This document shows, one piece after another, positions 8,576 to 19,669 of a DNA stretch of 64,000 bases. The translations under genes were made by a program, and so were the position numbers. The DNA is from an uncultured bacterium (GTDB lineage Bacteria; Omnitrophota; Gorgyraeia; Duberdicusellales; CBEUCJ01), in contig CBEUCJ010000002.1 in the NCBI GenBank assembly GCA_965541615.1, positions 95,795 through 159,794 on the forward strand, written 5' to 3'. The notes beneath the pieces were generated by a model that was not told the DNA's origin, did no database searches, and saw only the letters and a list, made by a program, of their open reading frames with translations. Every line of letters starts with the position of its first letter. Positions within the stretch are counted from its first letter, which is position 1.

Positions 8576-9617
8576 ATTAGATGAAAAGATCTTAGAGATT
8601 TTGAATTTGAGAGCTAAGAAAGTAAAGGAACTTTCTAAGATAAAAAAAGAAAAGAAGATAAATGTATTTCAAGAATCTAGACACAAACAAATTCTCTATA
8701 GGCTTTTTAAGAAAAATAAAGGTCCTCTCAAAAATGAACATATTGAAAATATTTACAGAGAGATATTTTCAGCTTGCTTAGATATTCAAAAAAAATTAAA
8801 GATAGCTTATTTAGGACCAGAAGGGACTTTTACTCACCAAGCAGCTTTAAAAAAGTTTGGAAGAAATTTAGAGTTTATTTCTTGTTCTAATATTCAAGAA
8901 GTTTTTAATATGGTAGCTTCCCAAAATGTAGATTTAGGAGTAGTGCCCATTGAAAATTCCATTGAAGGAGTAATTACTCATACTTTAGATATGTTCATAG
9001 ACTCAGACATAAAAATATGTTCAGAGATTATTTTGAGGATTTCTTTATGTTTACTTTCTAAAGAGAAAGATATAGAAAAAATTAAAAAAATTTACTCTCA
9101 TCCTCAAGTCTTTGTTCAAGCAAAAGTTTTTTTACAGGAAAAGTTACCAGATGCCACTTTATTATCATGTGATTCTACATCTTTAGCAGCTAAATTAGCT
9201 ACAAAAGAAAAAAATTCAGCTTGCATAGGTTCTGAAGCTTTAGCCTCAATTTACAACCTCAATGTATTAGAGAAAAATATTCAGGATTACGCTCACAATG
9301 TAACAAGATTTTTAGTAATTTCTTTAGAAGACTCTCAACCTACAGGAAATGATAAGACTTCTATTTTGTTTTCTTTAAAAGATAGAGTAGGTGCTTTACA
9401 TGATGCTTTAGCTCCTTTTAAAAGATACCAAATAAATTTGACTAAAATAGAATCAAGACCTTCACGAAAAAGAGCTTGGGAATACTTTTTCTTTGTAGAT
9501 TTTGAAGGTCATAGAACTCAAAGGAAGATAAAACTTGCTTTAAAAGAGTTAGAGAAAGAATGCTTATTTTTGAAGATTTTGGGATCTTATCCTAAGGAGA
9601 TTGAGAAGTATGTTTAA
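8541..9617 (+). CDS. pheA: Bifunctional chorismate mutase / prephenate dehydratase (P-protein) with ACT domain
   Basis: N-terminal CM helix domain (LRQQIDKLDEKILEILNLRA). PDT domain IAYLGPEGTFTHQAA...ESRP. C-terminal ACT domain. Confidence 0.85.
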   Translation: MPLKKLRQQIDKLDEKILEILNLRAKKVKELSKIKKEKKINVFQESRHKQILYRLFKKNKGPLKNEHIENIYREIFSACLDIQKKLKIAYLGPEGTFTHQAALKKFGRNLEFISCSNIQEVFNMVASQNVDLGVVPIENSIEGVITHTLDMFIDSDIKICSEIILRISLCLLSKEKDIEKIKKIYSHPQVFVQAKVFLQEKLPDATLLSCDSTSLAAKLATKEKNSACIGSEALASIYNLNVLEKNIQDYAHNVTRFLVISLEDSQPTGNDKTSILFSLKDRVGALHDALAPFKRYQINLTKIESRPSRKRAWEYFFFVDFEGHRTQRKIKLALKELEKECLFLKILGSYPKEIEKYV

Positions 9618-10689
9618 AAGATATCTTTTTAATATTAAGACTTATGTTCCTGGTAAACCAATAGAAGAAGTAAAAAGAGAATTTAAATTGAAAAAAGTTA
9701 TTAAATTAGCTTCTAATGAAAATGCTTGGGGCCCATCAAAAAGGGTTAAAGAAGCTATCTTAAAAGAGCTTTCAAAGATAAATAGATACCCACTAGCTGA
9801 CTGTTATTATTTAAGGAGAGCTTTAGCTTTAAAATTTAAAGTTAAAGAGGATCAAATAATTATAGGAAATGGTTCAGATGAGTTAATAGTTTTGGTTTTA
9901 AGAGCTTTGGTAGAAAAAGGAGATGAAGTAATAGTAGCTTGGCCTACTTTCTTAATCTATGAGATTCAAGCAAGGATTTCAGGAGCTAAAGTGATAAGAG
10001 TTAAATTAAAAAATTTTAAGTATGATTTAGAAGGTATGAAAAAAAAGATAACTAAAAAAACAAAAATCATTTTTATAGCCAATCCTGATAATCCTACAGG
10101 GAGTTTTGTTAACAATAGAGAATTAGAAAATTTTTTGAAATCAGTACCTGAAAATATTCTTGTATTTATTGATGAAGCTTATTTTGAATATGCAAGGTTG
10201 ATACCTTCTTATCCAGATTCTTTACAGTTCCTAAAAGATAACTATAATAATATTTTCATTTCTCGCACATTTTCTAAAGCTTATGGTCTGGCAGGTTTAA
10301 GAATTGGTTATGGAATATCAAACAACAAAAATATAGAAATATTAAATAAAGTAAGAGAACCTTTTAATGTTAATAGCTTAGCTCAAATAGCAGCTCTACA
10401 TGCTTTAAAAGATCAAGAGCATTTACAAAAAGTAGTAAGAGCTACACAAAGAGAAAAAGAAAAAATGTATGAAGAATTAAGAAGAATGGGTTTAGAGTAT
10501 AAAGAGACAGCTACTAACTTTATTTTAATAAAAGTACATGATTCACAAAAGGTATGTAGAGAATTATTAAAAAAAGGGATTATTGTAAGAGATTTAGATA
10601 GATGGGGTTTAAAAGGATTTATTAGAGTCACAGTTGGAAGACCTATTGAAAATGTTCAATTTCTAAAAGAGATAAGGAGGTTAGTATGA
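9601..10689 (+). CDS. hisC: Histidinol-phosphate / aromatic aminotransferase (class II PLP)
   Basis: LASNENAWGPS..., NPDNPTG, and the SRTFSKAYGLAGLRIGYG PLP-lysine region. Sits inside an aromatic amino-acid cluster. Confidence 0.8.
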   Translation: MRSMFKRYLFNIKTYVPGKPIEEVKREFKLKKVIKLASNENAWGPSKRVKEAILKELSKINRYPLADCYYLRRALALKFKVKEDQIIIGNGSDELIVLVLRALVEKGDEVIVAWPTFLIYEIQARISGAKVIRVKLKNFKYDLEGMKKKITKKTKIIFIANPDNPTGSFVNNRELENFLKSVPENILVFIDEAYFEYARLIPSYPDSLQFLKDNYNNIFISRTFSKAYGLAGLRIGYGISNNKNIEILNKVREPFNVNSLAQIAALHALKDQEHLQKVVRATQREKEKMYEELRRMGLEYKETATNFILIKVHDSQKVCRELLKKGIIVRDLDRWGLKGFIRVTVGRPIENVQFLKEIRRLV

Positions 10690-11702
10690 TTATCGTTATG
10701 AAAAAAGACGTTACCCAAAAAGAGATAGATTATGTAGTTAAAAGAATAGAAAAATTAGGGTTAAAAGCTATGATCTCAAAAGGTGTAGAGAGAACTATCA
10801 TTGGAGTCATAGGACCAGAAGATAGAATTAGTATGCAACCTTTAGAAGCTTTTCCAGGAGTAGAAAAAGTAATGCCGATTTTAGCTCCTTATAAACTCGT
10901 CTCAAAAGAATTTAAACCTGAAAAGACAATAATAGATTTAGGTAAAGGTGTAAAGATAGGTGCACAAGAAATAATAATAATGGCTGGGCCTTGCGCAATA
11001 GAATCTTATGATCAACTTTTTAAGACTGCTAAGGCTGTAAAGGAAGCTGGAGCTCAGGTTTTGAGAGGAGGAGCTTATAAACCTAGAACTTCTCCTTATT
11101 CTTTTCAAGGTTTAGGAGAAGAGGGATTAAAGATTTTAAAAGAAGTAGCAGAACAACTAAACATGCCTACAGTCACAGAAGTAATGGATACAAGAGATGT
11201 AGAAAAGGTTTTAAAATACACAGATATTTTACAAATAGGAGCAAGAAATATGCAAAATTTTTCTTTGTTAAAAGAAGTAGGTCAAACTCAAAAGCCTGTG
11301 TTATTAAAAAGAGGGATGTCAGCTACGATTAAAGAATGGTTAATGGCTGCTGAATATATAGCTGTGGGAGGAAATATGAATATAATTTTGTGTGAAAGAG
11401 GAATAAGGACTTTTGAAGATTTCACAAGGAATACTTTGGATTTAAGTGCAGTGGCAGCTGTCAGACTCTTATCGCATCTACCTGTGATAGTAGATCCTTC
11501 TCATGGGACAGGTAAATACGATTTAGTTCCTGATATGAGTTTAGCAGCAGTAGCTTGTGGAGCAGATGGTTTAATAATAGAAGTGCATCCTGCTCCACAC
11601 GAAGCTCTTTCAGATGGTCCACAGAGTTTGGTTCCAGAAAAATTTAAAGAATTGACAAAAAAGATTAAAAGAGTTGCTGAAGCTGTAGGCAGAAAATTTT
11701 AA
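10686..11702 (+). CDS. 3-deoxy-7-phosphoheptulonate (DAHP) synthase, class I-beta with N-terminal regulatory domain
   Basis: N-terminal ferredoxin-like regulatory domain followed by KDO8PS-like TIM barrel (IIMAGPCAIES...LRGGAYKPRTSPYSFQGLG...DPSHGTG). Confidence 0.85.
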   Translation: MIIVMKKDVTQKEIDYVVKRIEKLGLKAMISKGVERTIIGVIGPEDRISMQPLEAFPGVEKVMPILAPYKLVSKEFKPEKTIIDLGKGVKIGAQEIIIMAGPCAIESYDQLFKTAKAVKEAGAQVLRGGAYKPRTSPYSFQGLGEEGLKILKEVAEQLNMPTVTEVMDTRDVEKVLKYTDILQIGARNMQNFSLLKEVGQTQKPVLLKRGMSATIKEWLMAAEYIAVGGNMNIILCERGIRTFEDFTRNTLDLSAVAAVRLLSHLPVIVDPSHGTGKYDLVPDMSLAAVACGADGLIIEVHPAPHEALSDGPQSLVPEKFKELTKKIKRVAEAVGRKF

Positions 11703-11705
11703 AAA

Positions 11706-12542
11706 GTGTTTAAGAAGATCTCTATAATTGGAGTAGGTCTAATTGGAGGAAGCATTGCTCTTCAATCTAAAAGAAAAAGATTAGCCAAAGAGATTTGGGG
11801 ATTCTTTAGAAATAAAGAAAGATTAGAAAAAGCTTTAAGATTGAAAGTAATAGATAAAGCAAGCTTAAATTTAGGAGAAGTAATAAAAGATTCAGATTTT
11901 GTAATCTTGAGTTTACCAGTTTTAAAAATAATTGAGTATTTAGATAAGATTAAAAAATTTTTGAGAAAAGACACAATTATTACAGATGTAGGTAGTACCA
12001 AAAAAGAGATATTAAAAGAAGCTAAAAAAAAATTAAAAGGTTTTAATTTTGTAGCCTCACATCCTTTTACAGGTTCAGAAAAAAGAGGATTTGAGAATTC
12101 TGAAGAAGTCAAATGGGAAAATAGCATTTGCTTTGTATGTACAGATTCAATCTGTACCAAACAAGCTTACAGGAAAGTAAAAGTTTTTTGGAAAAAATTA
12201 GGAGCTCAAATCATAGAAATAGATTCTGGTTATCATGATAAGTTAGTAGGAGCAGTCTCGCATTTACCCCATCTTATTTCTTACTCTTTAATTAATTCTT
12301 TAGATGCCAACTTTCTTAAAATTGCTCCTCAAAGTTTTAAAAGTCTTACTAGGATAGCTGGTTCACCGGAATCGGTTTGGAGTGATATATTTTTTACTAA
12401 TAGAAAAAACATTTTGTATTTTTTAGATAAATTTTTGAAAGAACTTTTAGTATTCAAAAAAACTTTAGAGATTCAAGATGCTTTGAAGATAAAGAAGATT
12501 ATAAAAAAAGCAAATGGAAAGAGATTTATATATATAAAATAA
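11706..12542 (+). CDS. tyrA: Prephenate dehydrogenase
   Basis: Rossmann motif ISIIGVGLIGGSIA. TyrA catalytic region SHPFTGSE..., HD...SHLPHLIS. Confidence 0.8.
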   Translation: MFKKISIIGVGLIGGSIALQSKRKRLAKEIWGFFRNKERLEKALRLKVIDKASLNLGEVIKDSDFVILSLPVLKIIEYLDKIKKFLRKDTIITDVGSTKKEILKEAKKKLKGFNFVASHPFTGSEKRGFENSEEVKWENSICFVCTDSICTKQAYRKVKVFWKKLGAQIIEIDSGYHDKLVGAVSHLPHLISYSLINSLDANFLKIAPQSFKSLTRIAGSPESVWSDIFFTNRKNILYFLDKFLKELLVFKKTLEIQDALKIKKIIKKANGKRFIYIK

Positions 12543-12544
12543 AA

Positions 12545-13219
12545 ATGGTAATCTGTATAGACGGACCTGCAGGCTCTGGAAAAAGTACAGTAGCCAAATT
12601 ATTAGCTAAAGAGTTAGGATTCGTTTACATAGATACAGGAGCTATGTATAGGAGTTTAACTTATAAAATAATGAAGGAGAATTTTGATTTTGAAGATGAA
12701 GATAAAGTAATAGAATGCGCTAAGAATTTAAAAATAAATTTTATTTATGATAAGGAGGGGAATTTAAATGTTTTCTTAGATGGAGAAGATGTAACTTGCA
12801 AAATAAGGACTCCTCAAGTTACACGAAATGTATATAAAGTAGCTGATAACCCTAAAGTAAGACAAATACTTGTAAAAAAACAAAGAGAGTTAGGAAAAAA
12901 GTCAAACTCGATCTTAGAAGGTAGAGATACTACAAGTATCATCTTTCCAGATGCAGATGTTAAGTTTTATTTAGATGCAGATTTTAACACAAGAGTTCAG
13001 AGAAGATATAAAGATTTTTTAGAGAAAGGAATAAAAATTTCATTAAAAGAAGTAGAAGAGGATTTAAAAAAAAGAGACTTTCAAGATTTTAATAGAAGTG
13101 TGGGCAGATTAATAAAAACTGAGGATGCTATTTACATAGATACGACTAATATGAGTATAAGAGAAGTAATAGAAGAAATGAAAAAACATATATTTAAAGT
13201 ATGGAAAAGCAATTCATAA
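12545..13219 (+). CDS. cmk: Cytidylate kinase
   Basis: ICIDGPAGSGKSTVAKLLA...YIDTGAMYR and EGRDTTSIIFPDA. Confidence 0.9.
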   Translation: MVICIDGPAGSGKSTVAKLLAKELGFVYIDTGAMYRSLTYKIMKENFDFEDEDKVIECAKNLKINFIYDKEGNLNVFLDGEDVTCKIRTPQVTRNVYKVADNPKVRQILVKKQRELGKKSNSILEGRDTTSIIFPDADVKFYLDADFNTRVQRRYKDFLEKGIKISLKEVEEDLKKRDFQDFNRSVGRLIKTEDAIYIDTTNMSIREVIEEMKKHIFKVWKSNS

Positions 13220-14994
13220 GAAACTTTTGCATAATAGCTCATATAGATCATGGTAAATCTACTTTAGCAGATAGAATCTTAGAATTTACAGGCGCAGTTA
13301 ATAAAAGAGAGTTTAAAGAACAGTTTTTGGATGATATGGATTTAGAACGTGAAAGAGGAATAACTATTAAAGCTTCCTGTGTAACTTTAAAATATAAATC
13401 TCAAGATCAAAATACTTACACTTTAAATTTAATAGATACTCCAGGACATGTAGATTTTAGTTATGAGGTAACCAAATCTTTAAAAGCTTGTGAAGGAGCT
13501 ATCTTGTTAGTAGATGCTTCTCAAGGTATAGAAGCTCAAACTATAGCCAATTTTTATTTAGCTTTAGAAAATAATTTAGAGATTATACCTGTGATAAATA
13601 AAATAGATTTACCTAATGCAGATATAGAAAGGACAAAACATCAACTTACAGAAATATTAGGTTTTAAAGAATCTGAAATAATCTTAGCATCAGCTAAAGA
13701 AGGAAAAGGAACCAAAGAGATTTTAGAAGCTGTAGTTAAAAAGATACCTCCTCCTCAAGGAGAGGTTTCTCAACCTTTAAGAGCTTTGATATTTGATTCT
13801 ACTTATGATACTTTTAAAGGAGTAATATTATTCATAAGGGTAAAAGAAGGCATGATTAAAAAAGGTATGAAAATAATGTTTATGAGAAAAGGCAGAGAAT
13901 ATGAAGTTCAAGAATTAGGGATCCTTACTCCCAAATTTTTAGAAAAAGAATCTTTATCTGTGGGAGAAGTAGGTTACCTTTGTTGCAATATAAAAGACCC
14001 CTCTCAGATAACTGTAGGTGATACGATAACTTCTTTTAAAGATCCTGCTCCTAAAGCTTTGGAAGGATACCAACAGATGCAACCAGTAGTCTTTTGTGGA
14101 ATCTTTCCTCAAAATCCAAAGGATTTCTTCCATCTCAGAGAAGCAATACAAAAATTAAGGTTAAGCGATCCTTCTTTTGTGTATGAGCCAGATAATTCTG
14201 TTACTTGGGGACCAGGTTTTAGATGTGGCTTTTTAGGACTCTTACATATGGAAATAATTCAGGAAAGATTAGAAAGAGAGTTTGGATTAAATTTGATATT
14301 AACTACTCCAAATGTAGTGTATTTAGTTAAAGATAAAAAGGGTAATGAAATAAAGGTAGAAAATCCTCTTAAGTTTCCAGATCCCTCTCAAATTGCTCAA
14401 GTTTTGGAACCTTTCATAAAAGTAAAAATTTTAACTCCTTTGGAGTATTTAGAAAGAGTAATGGAACTCTCAAAACAAAAAAGAGGGGTCTTTAAAAAGA
14501 TGGATTATTTAGGAAAAGACAGAATTTCAGTTGAGTTTGAGATGCCTTTAAATGAAGTAATCGTAGACTTTTATGATAAATTGAAATCTGTTACTAAAGG
14601 ATATGGATCTTTAGATTATGAATTTGTAGGTTATAGACCTTCAGAAATAGTAAAATTAGATATCTTAATAAATAATAAACCATGTGAAGCCTTTTCTTTC
14701 TTAGTCCATAAAAGTTCAGCTTATCAAAAAGCAAAGAATATAGTTGAAAAATTAAAAAAACTTATTCCAAGACAACAATTTGTAATAAATATTCAAGCAG
14801 CCATTGGTTCTAGGATTATAGCTTCAGAAAAGATACCTGCTTTGAGAAAAAATGTAACTGCTAAATGTTATGGAGGAGATATTACCAGAAAAATGAAGTT
14901 ATGGGAAAAACAAAAAGAAGGTAAGAAAAAATTAAAACAATTCGGTAAAGTTCAAATTCCTCAAGAAGCATTTTTAGAGATACTAAAAATATGA
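13201..14994 (+). CDS. lepA: Elongation factor 4 (LepA)
   Basis: NFCIIAHIDHGKSTLADR G-domain. Characteristic LepA C-terminal domain. 597 aa. Confidence 0.95.
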   Translation: MEKQFIRNFCIIAHIDHGKSTLADRILEFTGAVNKREFKEQFLDDMDLERERGITIKASCVTLKYKSQDQNTYTLNLIDTPGHVDFSYEVTKSLKACEGAILLVDASQGIEAQTIANFYLALENNLEIIPVINKIDLPNADIERTKHQLTEILGFKESEIILASAKEGKGTKEILEAVVKKIPPPQGEVSQPLRALIFDSTYDTFKGVILFIRVKEGMIKKGMKIMFMRKGREYEVQELGILTPKFLEKESLSVGEVGYLCCNIKDPSQITVGDTITSFKDPAPKALEGYQQMQPVVFCGIFPQNPKDFFHLREAIQKLRLSDPSFVYEPDNSVTWGPGFRCGFLGLLHMEIIQERLEREFGLNLILTTPNVVYLVKDKKGNEIKVENPLKFPDPSQIAQVLEPFIKVKILTPLEYLERVMELSKQKRGVFKKMDYLGKDRISVEFEMPLNEVIVDFYDKLKSVTKGYGSLDYEFVGYRPSEIVKLDILINNKPCEAFSFLVHKSSAYQKAKNIVEKLKKLIPRQQFVINIQAAIGSRIIASEKIPALRKNVTAKCYGGDITRKMKLWEKQKEGKKKLKQFGKVQIPQEAFLEILKI

Positions 14995-15554
14995 AAAAGT
15001 CTACTTTAAGAGAATGGGCTGAAGCTATCTTTGTAGGGTTTTTGTTGGCTATGTTTGTAAGAACCTTTTTTATTCAACCTTTTAAAATCCCTACAGGCTC
15101 TATGAAACCTACTTTAAAACCAGGAGATAAAATTTTAGTAGAAAAGATAACTTATGGACCTTTAATTCCTTTTACAAGTATAAGAATCCCTGGCAAAAGA
15201 AGACCAAAGAGAGGAGATATTATCGTTTTTAGATGTCCAGTAGATAAAGGAAAATATTATATTAAAAGACTGATTGCAGTTGGAGGAGAGACAGTCTTAA
15301 TAAAAGATGGTAAGATTTACATAAATGGAAAGTTGATTACAGACCCCAGAATTAGCAAAAATTTTTATACTAATGAAGGTGCATATGGAGGTTATAAGCC
15401 TGTAAAAGTTCCAAAAGGTTACTATTATGTATTAGGTGATAATTCACCATCTTCTTATGATTCAAGATTTTGGGGTTTTGTTCCTGAAGGTAAAGTTATA
15501 GGAAGAGCTTGGTTAATATTTTGGCCTCCTAAAAGAATAAGACTGTTAAGATGA
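14991..15554 (+). CDS. lepB: Signal peptidase I
   Basis: TM segment, catalytic GSMKPTL box and KRLIAVGGE / GDNSPSSYDSRFWG boxes. Conserved lepA-lepB order. Confidence 0.85.
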   Translation: MKKSTLREWAEAIFVGFLLAMFVRTFFIQPFKIPTGSMKPTLKPGDKILVEKITYGPLIPFTSIRIPGKRRPKRGDIIVFRCPVDKGKYYIKRLIAVGGETVLIKDGKIYINGKLITDPRISKNFYTNEGAYGGYKPVKVPKGYYYVLGDNSPSSYDSRFWGFVPEGKVIGRAWLIFWPPKRIRLLR

Positions 15555-16114
15555 TTGCAAATTTTATATCCTTAATAAGAATTTTAAGTATTCCATTTTT
15601 TGTAGGTACTTTATTGTATTATACTCCTCAAAAGGATTTTTTAAGAATAATAGCTTTTTTTATATTTCTTTTTGCTATGCTTACAGATGTTATAGATGGC
15701 TTTATAGCAAGAAAAATAGATAAAAAATCTGAGATTGGGGCTATTTTAGATCCTTTATCAGATAAACTCTTGTTAATGAGTGCTTTTTTTTGTCTTTATC
15801 TTTTAAAAAGTTTACCTTTAAGAATTCCATTATGGTTTTTGATATTAGTTGTAAGTAGAGATCTCATAATACTAATGGGGACAGGTATTATGTTTTTATT
15901 AGGTATAAGATTTAAAATAGTACCTACTCTTTGGGGGAAACTCACAACATTTTTCCAAATGCTTACAGTTATCTGTGTACTTTTGAAATTTAAATTTTCA
16001 TTTTTAGTGTGGTATATAGCTTCAGTTTTTACTATAATATCTGGTGTAGATTATATTCGTAAAGGATTAAAACTAATAAACAATGCTAATAAGGCTGATA
16101 TTAATAATAATTAG
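15551..16114 (+). CDS. pgsA: CDP-alcohol phosphatidyltransferase (CDP-diacylglycerol--glycerol-3-phosphate 3-phosphatidyltransferase-like)
   Basis: Signature DVIDGFIARK...GAILDPLSDKL (D-G-x-x-A-R...G...D...D) in a multi-TM protein. Confidence 0.75.
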   Translation: MIANFISLIRILSIPFFVGTLLYYTPQKDFLRIIAFFIFLFAMLTDVIDGFIARKIDKKSEIGAILDPLSDKLLLMSAFFCLYLLKSLPLRIPLWFLILVVSRDLIILMGTGIMFLLGIRFKIVPTLWGKLTTFFQMLTVICVLLKFKFSFLVWYIASVFTIISGVDYIRKGLKLINNANKADINNN

Positions 16115-16694
16115 TTATTTAATAGGGAGCATTCCTTCTGCTTATATAGCAGGCAGGGTCTCTAAAAATATAGATATTAGAAAGTTTGGTTCTGGTAATG
16201 TAGGTGCTACCAATGCTTTTAGAGTTTTAGGTAAATTTTGGGGAATAGTAGTCTTTATCTGTGATTTTCTGAAAGGTTTCTTTTGTGTAGGTATTTTGCC
16301 CCACATTTTTAAAATCTCTCTTGAACCTAAATTTATAACTGTTTTGGGGATAAGCGTCATTTTAGGGCACATTTACACTATATTTTTAAATTTTAAAGGA
16401 GGCAAAGGTGTAGCTACAGGTTTTGGTGTACTTTTAGGATTAGGACTTTACATTCCTCAGTTTTATCTTGTTTTATTAATCGTTTTAGGTGTTTGGATGA
16501 TAACATTTTATTTTTGTGAAATAGTCTCTTTAGCTTCAATCTTATCGGCATTAACTTTACCCTTAGCAACTTTTTATCTATCTAAAGATTACTTTATATT
16601 TACTTTAATTGTAGGAATTTTAATTATATGGAGGCATAGATCAAATATTAAGAGGCTTCTTAAAAAAGAAGAACTCCCTGTTAGAAGAAAGTAA
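16083..16694 (+). CDS. plsY: Glycerol-3-phosphate acyltransferase PlsY
   Basis: GSIPSAYIAGR...IRKFGSGNVGATNAFRVLG motif. Five TM segments. Confidence 0.9.
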   Translation: MLIRLILIIISYLIGSIPSAYIAGRVSKNIDIRKFGSGNVGATNAFRVLGKFWGIVVFICDFLKGFFCVGILPHIFKISLEPKFITVLGISVILGHIYTIFLNFKGGKGVATGFGVLLGLGLYIPQFYLVLLIVLGVWMITFYFCEIVSLASILSALTLPLATFYLSKDYFIFTLIVGILIIWRHRSNIKRLLKKEELPVRRK

Positions 16695-16697
16695 ATA

Positions 16698-16726
16698 TTG
16701 ACCTGAATAACTAAGATTGGTAAGAT
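16698..16726 (+). promoter_or_regulatory. Sigma70-like promoter upstream of recA (TTGACC - 17 nt - TAAGAT)
   Basis: Sits in one of the few intergenic gaps. -35 TTGACC at 16698-16703 and -10 TAAGAT at 16721-16726, followed by RBS GAAGGAGGGG before the ATG at 16766. No LexA/Cheo-type box recognised. Confidence 0.4.
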
Positions 16727-16765
16727 AGGTTTTGTTAAAAATCTTTAGAAGAAGGAGGGGTTTAT

Positions 16766-17773
16766 ATGCAAGATGAAAAAAGAAAAGTATTGGAATTAGC
16801 TATCTCTCAGATAGAAAAAGAATTTGGAAAAGGTGCTATTATGAGATTAGGTGAGAGTGTAAAACTAGATGTAGAAGCTCTACCTACAGGAATTCTTACT
16901 TTAGATTATGCAATAGGCATAGGAGGTCTACCAAGAGGTAGGATCATTGAGATATTTGGTCCTGAATCTTCTGGCAAGACTACTTTGGCTTTGTCTTGTA
17001 TAGCTGAGACTCAAAAGAGAGGAGGGATTTGTGCATTTATTGATGCTGAGCATGCATTTGACCCTCATTATGCTAAAAAATTAGGGATCAACTTAGATGA
17101 TCTGTTAGTCTCTCAACCAGATACTGGTGAGCAAGCTTTAGAGATTGCAGAGACTTTGGTAAGGTCTAATGCAGTAGACTTAATAGTCATAGATTCAGTC
17201 GCAGCTCTCGTTCCTAAAGCTGAACTTGAAGGTGAGATGGGAGATTCTTTTGTAGGTCTGCAAGCTAGATTAATGAGTCAAGCTTTAAGGAAATTGACAG
17301 GAGCTATTTCAAAATCTAAAACTTGTGTAATATTTATAAATCAGATAAGAGAAAAGATAGGAGTAATGTTTGGATCGCCTGAAACTACTCCTGGAGGAAG
17401 AGCTTTAAAATTTTATGCTTCGGTAAGGATAGATTTGAGAAGAAAAGAGTCTATTACTCATGAAGGAAAAGTAATAGGTAACAGGATTTTGGCTAGAATA
17501 GTTAAGAATAAACTCGCACCTCCCTTTAAAGAAGCTAGTTTTGAGATTTTATATAATGAAGGAATCTCTAAATTAGGAGCTTTAATAGATGCAGGGGTCT
17601 CATTAAATGTTATTCAAAAGACAGGAGCTTGGTTTTCTTATAAAGATAAAAAATTAGGTCAAGGAAAAGAGAATGTTAAAAAGTTTTTAGAAGAAAATCC
17701 TAAGATAAGAAAAGAAATAGAAGAGGAGATAAAAGAAAGGTTTTTTAAAAAAGATAAGGAGGCTAAGAAATGA
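16766..17773 (+). CDS. recA: Recombinase RecA
   Basis: Walker [11 protein letters not shown]1/L2 loops and overall near-canonical RecA sequence. Confidence 0.97.
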   Translation: MQDEKRKVLELAISQIEKEFGKGAIMRLGESVKLDVEALPTGILTLDYAIGIGGLPRGRIIEIFGPESSGKTTLALSCIAETQKRGGICAFIDAEHAFDPHYAKKLGINLDDLLVSQPDTGEQALEIAETLVRSNAVDLIVIDSVAALVPKAELEGEMGDSFVGLQARLMSQALRKLTGAISKSKTCVIFINQIREKIGVMFGSPETTPGGRALKFYASVRIDLRRKESITHEGKVIGNRILARIVKNKLAPPFKEASFEILYNEGISKLGALIDAGVSLNVIQKTGAWFSYKDKKLGQGKENVKKFLEENPKIRKEIEEEIKERFFKKDKEAKK

Positions 17774-19227
17774 AGAAAACAACTTTTCTCCATACAATAA
17801 TAGGGATTTTTTTAGGAATAGTTTTAGGATTTGTTACGAGTTCAAATTTTTACAAAAAAGATATCTCTAAAGCTCAAGAGCTGAGTTCTTTAGAGATTCT
17901 CTCACCTGAAGAAGCCACTATCAAAGTAGCACAGCAAGTTGGAAAGTGTGTGGTCTCTATAAGCACTGTAGCTACAGAAAGGATATCTTTTAAAAGATTT
18001 TATTTTTCACCTTTTGATGAAGATGATTTCTTTAGAAGGTTTTTTGAAGAGTTTTTTGGTCCATTTCCTGAAAGAGAATACAAAAGAATGGGTTTAGGTT
18101 CAGGTGTTATTATAGATTCAGATGGTTATATTCTAACAAATGAACATGTAATAGCAGGAGCTGAAAAGATTAAAGTTACCCTTCCTGATGGAAGAGAATT
18201 TGATGCAAAAGTCATAGGCAAAGATTATCGTTCAGATTTAGCAGTAATAAAGATAGATGCACATAATCTGCCAGTCGCAAAGTTAGGAGATTCAGATGAA
18301 TTAAAGATTGGACAATGGGTATTAGCAATAGGTAATCCCTTCGGTTTTGCTATTGAAAATCCAGAACCTACAGTCACATTTGGAGTAATCTCTGCTCTAC
18401 ATAGAGATTTACCCAGATTAGGTAAGAGGAGAGCTTATTATGATTTAATACAGACAGATGCAGCTATAAATCCAGGAAATTCTGGAGGTCCTTTAGTAAA
18501 TCTTAAAGGAGAGGTTATAGGAATAAATGTAGCAATAATTACTACAACAGGTGCTTATGAAGGGATAGGTTTTGCTATTCCTATAAATGTAGCAAAAAGA
18601 ATTTTAAGAAAGTTAATAAAAGGAGAAAAAATTCTGTATGGATGGTTAGGGGTTAGTGTTCAAGATTTAAATAAAAAATTAGCTAAATACTTTGGGTTAA
18701 GAGAACCAAAAGGAGCTTTGGTAGTAAAGGTCTTTAAAAATTCACCTGCTCAGAGAGCAGGTATAAAAGAAAAAGATATTATTTTAGAATTTGATGGTAA
18801 ACCTGTAAAAAATGTGAGGGAATTAGTCAGATACGTTAATTTAACTGAACCTGGAAAAGAAGTAAAGATAAAGATTTTGAGAAATAGAACTCATATTAGT
18901 TTGCAAGTAAAGATAGGAAAAAGACCAGAAGATATAGAAAGATTGGAAGAAGTAAAAGAGGGTATATGGAGAGGTTTAGAAGTAGAAGATATTACTCCTC
19001 AATCTATGTATAAATTTAGAATAGAGGAAGAAAAAGGTGTGGTAGTTACATATGTGGAACCTGGTTCTCCAGCAGATAAAGCAGGCTTAGAGAGAGGAGA
19101 TGTTATTTTAGAAGTAGAAGGAAGACCTATTTATTCAAAAGAAGAGTTCTTTCAGACAGTAAAAAAACTAAAAGGAGATGTATTGATAAAGACAAACAGG
19201 GGTTATTTTGTTGTGCCCCCAGAATAA
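17770..19227 (+). CDS. htrA: Periplasmic serine endoprotease HtrA/DegP family with two PDZ domains
   Basis: Catalytic triad contexts TNEHVI, D in [16 protein letters not shown]. Two PDZ-like segments. Confidence 0.9.
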   Translation: MKKTTFLHTIIGIFLGIVLGFVTSSNFYKKDISKAQELSSLEILSPEEATIKVAQQVGKCVVSISTVATERISFKRFYFSPFDEDDFFRRFFEEFFGPFPEREYKRMGLGSGVIIDSDGYILTNEHVIAGAEKIKVTLPDGREFDAKVIGKDYRSDLAVIKIDAHNLPVAKLGDSDELKIGQWVLAIGNPFGFAIENPEPTVTFGVISALHRDLPRLGKRRAYYDLIQTDAAINPGNSGGPLVNLKGEVIGINVAIITTTGAYEGIGFAIPINVAKRILRKLIKGEKILYGWLGVSVQDLNKKLAKYFGLREPKGALVVKVFKNSPAQRAGIKEKDIILEFDGKPVKNVRELVRYVNLTEPGKEVKIKILRNRTHISLQVKIGKRPEDIERLEEVKEGIWRGLEVEDITPQSMYKFRIEEEKGVVVTYVEPGSPADKAGLERGDVILEVEGRPIYSKEEFFQTVKKLKGDVLIKTNRGYFVVPPE

Positions 19228-19669
19228 AGAATTTGATTCTGCAAAGAAAAAAGTATTAAATTTTTTAAGATTTAGAATAAGAACAAAAAAAGAAGTAGAA
19301 GATTACTTAAAAAAGCATAAATACTCAGAAGAAACTATCACAAATATTCTTTGTTATTTAGAAAAGTTAAATTTATTAGATGATGAAAAATTTGCAGAAC
19401 TTTTTATTGAAGAAAAGATACGTAAATTTTGGGGACCTTTGAAGATAAAATACGAACTTTTAAAGAAAGGAGTAGAAAAAGAAATTATAGAAAAAAAGAT
19501 TTCTGAAAAGATAAAAGAAAAAGAGATGGTCTGTAGTTTGAAAGAAATGATAAGAAAGAAAATAAAAGAAGAAGATCCAACCAAAAGAAATCAAAAGATA
19601 TACTCTTTTCTAAAAAGAAGAGGTTTTTTAGAAAATATAATTTGGGAAGTTTTAAAAAGTGAAGACTGA
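19208..19669 (+). CDS. recX: Regulatory protein RecX
   Basis: Three-helix repeat architecture. Conserved position right after recA/htrA. C-terminal FLKRRGF motif. True start may lie a few codons downstream. Confidence 0.75.
   Translation: MLCPQNKEFDSAKKKVLNFLRFRIRTKKEVEDYLKKHKYSEETITNILCYLEKLNLLDDEKFAELFIEEKIRKFWGPLKIKYELLKKGVEKEIIEKKISEKIKEKEMVCSLKEMIRKKIKEEDPTKRNQKIYSFLKRRGFLENIIWEVLKSED

Noticed and set aside
16695-16765. LexA/SOS operator upstream of recA
   Set aside because: I looked for CTGT-N8-ACAG, GAAC-N4-GTTC and related palindromes in the 70-bp recA leader and found none. Only a sigma70-like -35/-10 pair is evident.
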